A stretch of 64,000 bases of DNA from a virus, in the IMG/VR virus record IMGVR_UViG_3300025626_002025, one strand, 5' to 3'. Below the pieces are notes generated by a model, which made no database searches, was not told the DNA's origin, and worked only from the letters and a program-made list of their open reading frames with translations. Each line of letters begins with the position of its first letter. Position 1 is the first letter of the stretch. Below, piece by piece: positions 40,001 to 47,880 of this stretch. The position numbers and the translations under genes were made by a program.

Positions 40001-43000
40001 ATGGTTTATTTATTTTAAGATTTGGTAAAATTTGAGAAGTGAATCCAATTTTATCACACAACTCCATATACTTCTTTGTATCCTTTGATGTTTTAAGTGA
40101 TTTTACAAATTCATCTCTAATTCTTTCAGCTGGAAGTGATTTTAGTGATGGGTCTTTTTGTAACGCATCTAATAACTCCTTATCTAAACTACCACCCATT
40201 CTTGATTGAAATCTTAAAGCTCTTAATTTTCTTAATGGGTCTTCATCAAATCTCTCAACAGCATTTCCAACTGTTCTAATGTTTTTCTTTTTAAGGTCTG
40301 CAATTCCACCAACTAAATCAACTATTTCTTTTCTTTCAATATCATAGAATAAAGCATTTATAGTTAAATCTCTTCGTTTTACATCTCCTTCAATATCTGT
40401 ATATTCTACTGAATCAGGTCTTCTACCCTTTCCAATATCCTTTCTAAATGTTGCAACTTCATGTCCACCAACGATTACAATTCCCAATCCCATTCCAGTA
40501 CCCACATCTTGTGATGTTTTGAAACCACCATCTTTACCAATCTTCATTGTTTCTTCTGGTTTAGCATCAGTTGCCAAATCAAAATCTTTTGGGGATTTAC
40601 CTAAAATAGCATCTCTAACTGCCCCACCTACTATATAAAGCTTTTTACCGTTTTTTTTAAATTGCTTTTGTAGTTTAACAATATCCGATGGTACTTTTAG
40701 TTTAAAATTTTTAGATTCATTTAAACCCATTTTTTCTTTCCATGAATCAAATGCATCGAAATCATATTCTTGTTTCTGAGAATCCCATCCACATGAATGA
40801 CATAAATATTTTTCACTATCATCAGATTCAATATCCCATGAGTGATTGCATTTTTCACATTTAATGTTTGTTCCTGCGATTTCGTTAACAGATTCTTCTT
40901 CTGATTGAGTAAACTTAATAAGAGCAGTTGATAGTATTTCATTAGATACTTCAACGTTTTCTAATTCTTTTATTATCAATTCAGAAAATTTATTTAAATC
41001 CGCCTCTAGTTCTTGGTCTTCATCTGCAAATATAGCAGCTCTACCTACTCCTTTTAATATTGTTTCAATAGCAACATGAGGTACAAGTTCTGCCATTGTC
41101 AATCCAGCAAGTTTTGCAACTCCAGTAACCGTTCCGGCAACTCCACCACTGGCAGCAAATGCTCCTGTGATTAAAATACTCTTTCCTACTAACTTTAGAG
41201 CTTTCTTTTGGTCATCCTCTAACTCTTTATATTTTTTACCACTACCAAGTTCTTTTAATGCACCACCTGCTTTTTTAAATTCATGATACTCGTGTTTAAG
41301 ACCATCTTTAATTGCCTTTCCAGCACCTTTAGTTTTATCTTTTAGTTTATCAATAAAACTTCGTTTTACTGCATCTGGATTTTTTACTACATCACTAAAG
41401 TATTTCTTTTCTTCGGATTTTAACTTTGGAAAATATTCTTTAATTTTCTTTTTAGTATTATCTCTTCTCTTTTTTATGATATCACTAGGAGAAACAACAT
41501 TAGTTGGTATATCTATCTTAATATCAGTTGCAAATCCATCCTTATCAGTATTTGCATCTTTTTTTGCAGGGTCATTATCTGGTAAACTATCTCTAAAAGA
41601 ATCCCCATCCTTTCCCTTAAAAATTCCTTTACTATCTTTTTTATCAGAATCATCAGAGTCCGTATTATCTGATGATTTTTCATGAGTACCTGATTTTATA
41701 GCACCATCTCTCGCATCCTTTGTTTTGAATACAGATGTTTTTCCTGATTTCTTGTTTGTAGCAGTGAACGTTTCATCATCTTCAAGTATAGAATATAATC
41801 CTTCTTGTACAATTCTAAAGGTAACCACTTTTCTACCATTGATTGTTGGCATTCCATGTTCATCTTTACCGATTGTTTTAACAACTGTTTTCTTATTCTT
41901 AAATCTACCAGTCATAATGGTATCTCCAACTTTAATTGGTAGTACTATATTTTCATTTAAAGATGCTTCGTATTCTTCTTGTGATTTCTTATCACCTTTT
42001 TGAGAATCTAATGATGCATCTTTGATATCCTTATTGGTATCTAATCCTTTTACTAATTCATACCCAACCATTGATGCTTTACGAGTTACGTGCTTAAACC
42101 ATTTAGAATAAGCATCACTTGAATAGATATCAACTTGGTTAGCGGCAGTTTGTGTACCAAGTACACCTGCTGGAAATGGGGTTACTGCTTTAACAGGTCC
42201 ATTTGGATATGTTGGATGGTCATAAAAATCTTCAATATCTCTAGTAGTAATCATATCAATTACCTCATAACCGATTCGTGTTGCTCTATCTACATTTATT
42301 TTAGAGAACACATCATAGTTAGGAAAAAAGAAATTTGGTCCATCATCTGCTTGACCACTTCCCATCTTAGAACTTTCGTTTAACAACCACTCCTCAATCA
42401 TCTCTTTAGAAATTTCAATTCCCTCATCGAGTTTATCAGTAATCATACTAAAGATAGTTGCATTAAACTTTCCGTAGGCTCTTTTCTTAAAGAAGTTCTT
42501 TTTCTGTTCATCAGAACCAACTGATAAACCATTTCTTACTTCCGTACCACTTACAGAATTACCAGACATTGGAGCTGCGTAAACATATCCTCTATCTCTA
42601 TATCCTTCTGATGGGTCTCCTTTGTATGGTTGAAAGTATTTACCACCTAATCGGTTTTTATCTTTCTCACCAACAACAGTTACAAATGCAGTTGTTTCTT
42701 CATCAAACTTTTTAAGAATTTCTGTGGGTTTGTATGGATTTTTAACTCTATGTATTTTGGATTTTGGAATTCCAAACATAGTAGTCATAATTTTTACCTT
42801 TTCTTTGAAGTTAAAAGGTGATTTAGGTAATTGTACCTTATCAGATGTACCTACATACACATTATCTTTACCAAACTTTTTTACAAGGTGCTGGTAAGTT
42901 CCATAGTGTCCTTTATGCATAGGTTGAAACCTACCCACATAGATAACTACTGTTTTTTTAATAGGATTTTCATCCCCCATTATACTCTCTACGAGAAATT

Positions 43001-43016
43001 TGGAAAGTTCATTCAT
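37074..43016 (-). CDS. 1980-aa polyprotein: HxGH nucleotidyltransferase, unknown modules, Zn ribbon, CCA-adding-type NTase, basic domain, HD hydrolase, RNA-ligase-like domain
   Basis: GRFQPMHKGH...SGTEVR; CEKC..CHSC; GGAVRD/DFD/RRDLTINA/EDPLR; HPEGNVLKHT/FHDIGK/GHE/NHM; EKTDG/NLE/VFH/EGIV/FK. Confidence 0.85.
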   Translation of the reverse strand: MNELSKFLVESIMGDENPIKKTVVIYVGRFQPMHKGHYGTYQHLVKKFGKDNVYVGTSDKVQLPKSPFNFKEKVKIMTTMFGIPKSKIHRVKNPYKPTEILKKFDEETTAFVTVVGEKDKNRLGGKYFQPYKGDPSEGYRDRGYVYAAPMSGNSVSGTEVRNGLSVGSDEQKKNFFKKRAYGKFNATIFSMITDKLDEGIEISKEMIEEWLLNESSKMGSGQADDGPNFFFPNYDVFSKINVDRATRIGYEVIDMITTRDIEDFYDHPTYPNGPVKAVTPFPAGVLGTQTAANQVDIYSSDAYSKWFKHVTRKASMVGYELVKGLDTNKDIKDASLDSQKGDKKSQEEYEASLNENIVLPIKVGDTIMTGRFKNKKTVVKTIGKDEHGMPTINGRKVVTFRIVQEGLYSILEDDETFTATNKKSGKTSVFKTKDARDGAIKSGTHEKSSDNTDSDDSDKKDSKGIFKGKDGDSFRDSLPDNDPAKKDANTDKDGFATDIKIDIPTNVVSPSDIIKKRRDNTKKKIKEYFPKLKSEEKKYFSDVVKNPDAVKRSFIDKLKDKTKGAGKAIKDGLKHEYHEFKKAGGALKELGSGKKYKELEDDQKKALKLVGKSILITGAFAASGGVAGTVTGVAKLAGLTMAELVPHVAIETILKGVGRAAIFADEDQELEADLNKFSELIIKELENVEVSNEILSTALIKFTQSEEESVNEIAGTNIKCEKCNHSWDIESDDSEKYLCHSCGWDSQKQEYDFDAFDSWKEKMGLNESKNFKLKVPSDIVKLQKQFKKNGKKLYIVGGAVRDAILGKSPKDFDLATDAKPEETMKIGKDGGFKTSQDVGTGMGLGIVIVGGHEVATFRKDIGKGRRPDSVEYTDIEGDVKRRDLTINALFYDIERKEIVDLVGGIADLKKKNIRTVGNAVERFDEDPLRKLRALRFQSRMGGSLDKELLDALQKDPSLKSLPAERIRDEFVKSLKTSKDTKKYMELCDKIGFTSQILPNLKINKPYIKTTDYIVFLSVLLKKNSPALLGKLLNKLSYTNTEKNDIVFLVSLQYFKPEEVGVYKKLQQKTSLSDNQIVDFGKSIGKDMKKFVSFKLSVGGNDVPSDIKGAEIGLWIKNKERENFLNEMPMSDLQKIDKFADKQLNPVDTVLTGKHFFDRLNDPRNGKEISQAELIGFFKRLGKKKKDFVKFLNQYNQIVVKDNRTNLNIPFMKQANKLIAKTIMRKNDFKSSDAKYTIESEDLDERGKMRPADRLRRKAAMAGKSKEIARRRARTMKRRKPLSKLKKIAYKMAYRQVYAEFMEELYPGIKKADLSIAQTQVIHKNVVRKKGRVRKRAKFRFLPALRAKEVEKFEKKNEDVVDQAFLKAKPVKEGLKELGIKDFKSLFKKMPSDLQKRVYNLKNFGQRVDKHPEGNVLKHTIMVVNRSIKEDDIDIAIAAMFHDIGKDETAGIHPKKGHITHFGHEKVSASLVKKYKKFIESVDGNAANVFYIVKNHMRYKQLSDMRPAKQDKLKSFRAFDKLGKFSKHDKGGLGENKESKNMDSIEQIISDIDNKLVEMFLPNTKTPQQLIKENINESNLLQEGGAYGHMSHPFDTDINLTFGQLKDIVNRALEGTLEFTREKTDGQALAISWRDGRLVAARNKGHLKNRGENALDIKGVSDKFQGRGGLSDAYNYAMKDLSNAIKSLSDKQRDKVFKQGACFMNLEVIYPTSVNVIPYGQALLVFHGTMEFNMDGVAIGENGESARVLAGMIKQVNKDVQDNYTIQGPPIVKLPKSQDLSKKRSKYSSQISKLQKEFSLKDTDGVADYHQGWWSQWVDKNSPTSLDNKTKMGLVKRWAFMDKGFRLDKKNFSDEKTLEWAKKTDKEDQKKIGKKNLMKFEQIFLGLGAEVLEFTSSALTVNADSAVRDMKKRIDKTIKDVRKSGDPKKIEKLKLELGRLQSIGGSKKIVPNEGIVFLYKGNTFKLTGTFASVNQILGIFF

Positions 43017-43037
43017 ATCTGGTATACCTTATCAGTA

Positions 43038-43045
43038 TATAAATA
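43038..43045 (-). promoter_or_regulatory. Putative late promoter TATTTATA
   Basis: Intergenic octamer directly upstream of the polyprotein gene. Confidence 0.6.
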
Positions 43046-43060
43046 TGGAAGAAAAAATAA

Positions 43061-43201
43061 TTAATGGTTTTTGTAGATAAACGGGTCTCGTTTACGCAAT
43101 TCCTCTAATTTTTTCTTATATTGTTTTTTTAATTTTCTTCGAACATACCAACTTTTGATATAAACATAAGGAACAATAAATATTTTTTTTAAAAATGTCA
43201 T
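43061..43201 (-). CDS. Small basic protein (46 aa) missed by ORF track
   Basis: MTFLKKIFIVPYVYIKSWYVRRKLKKQYKKKLEELRKRDPFIYKNH*. The KxxELRKRDPFIY ending is a recurrent small phage-protein motif. Confidence 0.7.
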   Translation of the reverse strand: MTFLKKIFIVPYVYIKSWYVRRKLKKQYKKKLEELRKRDPFIYKNH

Positions 43202-43205
43202 AATT

Positions 43206-43754
43206 TTAATTTTTATAATACAATTCAGGATACTCTACTAATATATGTATTCCACCCTGAGATAATGCTCTTTCATATGCTGGTAAAATCTTTTCAGCAG
43301 TATCTAATTTTTCGATAGTACAATTCGTAACCATTTGTTTAAATGCATCTGTATAATCTGCCTTATGTTGATGACCTGGGTCTAATGGTTTATCTGAACC
43401 CTTACCAACTCTTACAATTACGTTTGGTTTCCATTCACCATCAGACATCGCTTCCAATTTATCTAAATGATTTATTAATTGATTAACTGCAAGAATAACA
43501 AAATCCCATCTTGGATAAAATGTAACAACTCGGTGACCGGTCATTGCCAATCCCATTGTCATTCCCATTTGGGTTTCTTCCATTACTGGAGTTTCTATCA
43601 TTCTTTCTTTTGGTAAACCTTCAATTGTTTTACTCATTGGGTTACCATAATAAACTATCTGTTGTCCGATGAATATTGTTTTTTCATCTTCCATTGTAAG
43701 TTTCATTGCTTCCGTTAACGCATCTAAATACGGTGTATATTCTGGACTACTCAT
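43206..43754 (-). CDS. ThDP-dependent E1 beta/transketolase pyrimidine-binding domain (short)
   Basis: ERMIETPVMEETQMGMTMGLAMTG...NQLIN...GHQH; lacks the C-terminal domain. Confidence 0.85.
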   Translation of the reverse strand: MSSPEYTPYLDALTEAMKLTMEDEKTIFIGQQIVYYGNPMSKTIEGLPKERMIETPVMEETQMGMTMGLAMTGHRVVTFYPRWDFVILAVNQLINHLDKLEAMSDGEWKPNVIVRVGKGSDKPLDPGHQHKADYTDAFKQMVTNCTIEKLDTAEKILPAYERALSQGGIHILVEYPELYYKN

Positions 43755-44721
43755 TACTCATTGTTTTTTTATAATGTTCATATGTTTTTCTAATACCTTC
43801 TTCGAATCCGAGTTTTGGCAACAATCTGTGATGTGCTTGTTTACCTGTATTCATTTTTCTTTTAGGTTCTCCATTGGGTTTACTTGTATCCCAATTGATT
43901 TTAATATCTTTACCACTAACCTTACATACCGTTTCAATCATTTCTTTAATTGTTATCTCAACACCACTTCCGATATTTACAATCTCACAATGTAATCTTT
44001 GTTCAGTAGCACTTAAACACGCTTCAGCAACATCTTCGGCATATACATAATCTCGAATTGGTGTACCATCTCCCCATGCTTCAATTTCACCATCCGATTC
44101 AAATACTTTTTTAATTGTTGCAGGTATTGCCATTGCATTTTCACCAAAGTTATCATATTCTCCAAAAATATTAGAAGGTCTCAAAATAGTCCAATTTATA
44201 AAACCATATTGTCTTTTATACGCCTCAAGTATTAATTCCGGAATTCTCTTACTCCATGCTGGATACCAATCGTGTTTTGATGGTAGTGTACTCCAAACCG
44301 TATCTTCTACAAATTCTTCAGCTGATGCATAAACACCTACCGATGAAAGAAAATTTATATACACACTATGGTGTTGACAATTTTTTATTAAGTTTATGTT
44401 TGCAGTTATAGATGGAACTAGAAAATCAACAGGATTAGATTCAGCTGTTTTTGGTGTTCCTTTTATTCCAAAGCAATTTATAACATCGTTTAAATTGTAA
44501 ATTTCAAATAAAGAACTTACTTTCCAATAATCAGTTAAATCTATATTATGAAATATAAAACTATCACCATATTGGGTACAATCATATGTTGGTTCTTTTA
44601 TATCAACACCAACAACCAAGTGATTCTCAGAAGCAGCTTCTATTAATTTTTTTACAACATGATATCCTACTAACCCACTACATCCAGTAACAAGTGTTGT
44701 ATGTACTATTTCTTTTTTCAT
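43747..44721 (-). CDS. NAD-dependent nucleotide-sugar epimerase/reductase (Fcl-like SDR)
   Basis: VTGCSGLVG, PAWSK, RPSNIFG and WGDGTPIRDY motifs. Confidence 0.85.
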   Translation of the reverse strand: MKKEIVHTTLVTGCSGLVGYHVVKKLIEAASENHLVVGVDIKEPTYDCTQYGDSFIFHNIDLTDYWKVSSLFEIYNLNDVINCFGIKGTPKTAESNPVDFLVPSITANINLIKNCQHHSVYINFLSSVGVYASAEEFVEDTVWSTLPSKHDWYPAWSKRIPELILEAYKRQYGFINWTILRPSNIFGEYDNFGENAMAIPATIKKVFESDGEIEAWGDGTPIRDYVYAEDVAEACLSATEQRLHCEIVNIGSGVEITIKEMIETVCKVSGKDIKINWDTSKPNGEPKRKMNTGKQAHHRLLPKLGFEEGIRKTYEHYKKTMSNE

Positions 44722-44733
44722 TTTTTAATAATT

Positions 44734-45372
44734 TTAAAACACTACCCACTTACCTGTTCCGTAATGTGGATATTTTGATTCATACTTATAATATATTACA
44801 TCTTCTGGCAATTCTCTCTGAATACCATTCCAAGTATCTAATGTTGGGGTGTTTGTACTTACACCATTATCTTCTACAATAAAATGAAGAGGTAAATCAT
44901 AATTTCTTGCATACTTGTGAACTTCGTAAAAGATTCCACTTTCAAATGACATATCTCCTATAAAAACCCAAACCTTATCATTACTACCTTTAAGTTTAAG
45001 TGATTTTGCAACTCCCAATGCAATTGGTAAAGTACCAGTTACAATTGCAGATGCATAAAAATTAGATTCTTTATCTACGATAGTAATTGATTTACCATCA
45101 AGTATTTTTTGTTTTAGTTTTGATTCTTCTACACCATGTAAAAGTGCATGATAATGAGACCTCCAAGTTGAGAATACCCAATCTGTTGGAGATATTTTTT
45201 TGAACACTTCTATAAGTTGTTCTTCATTTCCATTTGATAGATGAATGGGTCCTGTAATTTCCCCACCTTCCCAATGTGAAATTATATCATCTTCAAATTG
45301 AATGAGTTCTTCTTTTGTGTAATTACCCGATTCCCATCTATCTTCGTGGTAATCTAAATTTTTAATTATCAT
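44734..45372 (-). CDS. ThDP-dependent E1 alpha-like subunit (short)
   Basis: GPIHLSNGNEE, STWRSHYH, and GDMS...EDN ThDP-binding motif. Confidence 0.85.
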   Translation of the reverse strand: MIIKNLDYHEDRWESGNYTKEELIQFEDDIISHWEGGEITGPIHLSNGNEEQLIEVFKKISPTDWVFSTWRSHYHALLHGVEESKLKQKILDGKSITIVDKESNFYASAIVTGTLPIALGVAKSLKLKGSNDKVWVFIGDMSFESGIFYEVHKYARNYDLPLHFIVEDNGVSTNTPTLDTWNGIQRELPEDVIYYKYESKYPHYGTGKWVVF

Positions 45373-46538
45373 ATAAAAATATTTTTAATATAGTCTAAAT
45401 CGTTTTTTTTATTAATAATTTCACAGACTATTTTGTTATTGTTTATAAATCTATCCTTAAACATTACATAAAAATCTTTAATAACATCAGGATTATTTTT
45501 TATTAGTTCTAGTTGTTTAAATATAAGTTTCATTCGAATCAAAGGGTCTTCTTCGGAATCATATGAATGGTCTATAATATCATCAAACATATCAAATCCA
45601 TATATTTTTCTTAATTCACTTAAGTGATTATGTGGTGCTACAAATATTGGCAACTGATAATAATAAAATGGTTTTAATGATTTTTCTGTAATGTGAATAA
45701 CATCCTCTGAAAAATCTGTTTCAGTTACAATATTAACATAACTATTTTTAAATGTAGTAACATTTATAATAGGAGAATCAATTTCATCAAATGTAAATTT
45801 TTCATTTTCATAAAAACTTAACTTTGAACCATTTTGTATTATTGAGTTATATGAATCAGTAAATGTTTTATATTCTGTTTCAATACTTTTTAGCAATCCA
45901 TCGTTATCATGTGATACACTAAAATCTACACACGAATAATCAACATCTTTTAATATATTATTTTCTTTTAATAAAACAATAGTTGCCAATCTATGACCAA
46001 CCATTTTATTATTATGACACATAAACAAAAAGTTTCTATCATCATCAGATGGTTCAATAAAATTTGTTTGTAAAAGATTTGAGTGTTCTATTGATTGATA
46101 AAATGGAAAATAAAAATTAATTTTACTTTTCATATCACTCAAATATTTTTTAATTTTATTATTGTTTACAAATAAATAAATTTTACTTGTATCAATATTA
46201 TTATTTAAACAATATTCATTAAAAGAAAATACTTCAGATTCCAAAAAACATTCATTTAAATGAAATATAAAAACCTTTAACCCTTTTTTAATATACTTCT
46301 GTAATATATCTGAAAATATGTTTTGGTTATCAACTGTAAGATTATTTAAATTAACTATTGGATAAATTACTTCATTAAAATCATCAACATTATTTTCCGA
46401 AACAAATTCTATATCGATTCCTATTCTTTCAAATATAGTAGATACTACTTCATTTCTATGTCCCAATTCATTTTGATTAAAAAAATATTGATGGGGTAAG
46501 AAACTTGATAATATACTATCCAATACTTTTACTTTCAT
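45369..46538 (-). CDS. Putative glycosyltransferase-like protein (ITEK family, paralogue 1)
   Basis: VNIVTET...HITEKSLKPF..YQLP...FDDIIDHSYD. Confidence 0.55.
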   Translation of the reverse strand: MKVKVLDSILSSFLPHQYFFNQNELGHRNEVVSTIFERIGIDIEFVSENNVDDFNEVIYPIVNLNNLTVDNQNIFSDILQKYIKKGLKVFIFHLNECFLESEVFSFNEYCLNNNIDTSKIYLFVNNNKIKKYLSDMKSKINFYFPFYQSIEHSNLLQTNFIEPSDDDRNFLFMCHNNKMVGHRLATIVLLKENNILKDVDYSCVDFSVSHDNDGLLKSIETEYKTFTDSYNSIIQNGSKLSFYENEKFTFDEIDSPIINVTTFKNSYVNIVTETDFSEDVIHITEKSLKPFYYYQLPIFVAPHNHLSELRKIYGFDMFDDIIDHSYDSEEDPLIRMKLIFKQLELIKNNPDVIKDFYVMFKDRFINNNKIVCEIINKKNDLDYIKNIFI

Positions 46539-47131
46539 GGAGTATCTCTTTTAGAAAGAAGTGGGTTTTGGCATGGCCATTCTATATTGAATTTAGGGTC
46601 ATTCCAAAATATTGTACCTTGGTCTTCTACATCATTATATACACCAGGATATGCAAGTTTATAATAAAATACAGAATTATCTTCCATTACATAATGTCCA
46701 TTTGCAAAACCAGGTGGTATTAATACTTGTGTTTGTGTCTGAGGTGATATTATATAAGTTTCCCAACTACCATATTGTGGATTGGTTACAATATTTCCAC
46801 CCCTCACATCAAGTACAACTAAATATATTTTTCCTGAAATACAACTTATTAATTTCCAAGTTTTATCATCGTAATGCATTCCTCGTAAAACACCTTCTTG
46901 TGATTTAGAATATCTATCGTGTTTAAAATCAACTCCATTTTCTCTCTCACCAACAGGTATCATTCTATCATAATAATCTTGATGATATAGTGTTGCTATT
47001 TCCCCCCTAAGTTCATGGTAAACAGCCGGTTGGATTATTTTTACTCCTCCAGTTAAAACCTTCGAGTTGTATATATGAATATCATTCCATGCTCTTTCTT
47101 TGTAGTAAATACTTCTATTAATCGATGCCAT
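46535..47131 (-). CDS. RmlC-like nucleotide-sugar 3,5-epimerase (heptose-epimerase type)
   Basis: GVLRGMH, KL..C..G, IPPGFANGH and WNDP...IEWP...LSKRD motifs. Confidence 0.9.
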   Translation of the reverse strand: MASINRSIYYKERAWNDIHIYNSKVLTGGVKIIQPAVYHELRGEIATLYHQDYYDRMIPVGERENGVDFKHDRYSKSQEGVLRGMHYDDKTWKLISCISGKIYLVVLDVRGGNIVTNPQYGSWETYIISPQTQTQVLIPPGFANGHYVMEDNSVFYYKLAYPGVYNDVEDQGTIFWNDPKFNIEWPCQNPLLSKRDTP

Positions 47132-47880
47132 TATAACTTATTTTTATTAATTATCGAAACACCTCTTTTTTGAACTACTTGAGTTGAACACTTATTTGCA
47201 AATTCAATAGATTCTTCGATGTTGTATGTATGTATATATTTAAATATTAAACCTGCTAAAAAACTATCTCCGGCACCAGCAACATCTTTAACACTAACTT
47301 CCTTTGTTGGATAATTTTTTCCTCCAAAATCACACCCATTCGGTCCTCTAGTAATAATTGTTTTGTTTTTTAACCATTCGTTATTATCTATCTTAGTTTT
47401 ACTTCTAAGATATTCATGATAATTTATTTTTATAAAGGAAATATTCTTACACCATTCTCCAAGTTTCTTTTTTGTATCCAAGAATGTTGGGCAATTACAT
47501 TTCGATGAAATTTCTAATATATCACTTTTTGATAAGAATCCTTTATTATAATCTGCAAATACCACTAAATCAAAATCATCTAGGTTTGGTAATTCTGTTA
47601 ATTTAAGGGGAGAAACTTTATCATTTTCATCTATTCGTAACAAAATGTAATTATAAGAGTTATCAACATACCTTATTTTTACTACTTCTTCTGAATTACA
47701 TATTAGTTGTGTATCTACATCTAGTGATTTTAAATTTAGTTCTACATTTTCTGCCATTCCTTTTGAGTAAACTTCTCTTAGTGGTTTTATGACAGGAACT
47801 GGTGCTTCTGGTGATAATCGTAAAACCTCACCATAAATAAAAACATCATCACAACTTTCTCCTATTACTAGTACCTTCAT
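47131..47880 (-). CDS. PfkB-family HldE/RfaE domain I-like heptose-phosphate kinase
   Basis: RLSPEAPVPV, DYNKG and DVAGAGDSF motifs. ATG at 47880 is coupled to the upstream stop. Confidence 0.85.
   Translation of the reverse strand: MKVLVIGESCDDVFIYGEVLRLSPEAPVPVIKPLREVYSKGMAENVELNLKSLDVDTQLICNSEEVVKIRYVDNSYNYILLRIDENDKVSPLKLTELPNLDDFDLVVFADYNKGFLSKSDILEISSKCNCPTFLDTKKKLGEWCKNISFIKINYHEYLRSKTKIDNNEWLKNKTIITRGPNGCDFGGKNYPTKEVSVKDVAGAGDSFLAGLIFKYIHTYNIEESIEFANKCSTQVVQKRGVSIINKNKL

Noticed and set aside
43206-45372. Functional pyruvate dehydrogenase complex
   Set aside because: The subunits are truncated, there is no E2/E3, and the context is nucleotide-sugar metabolism.
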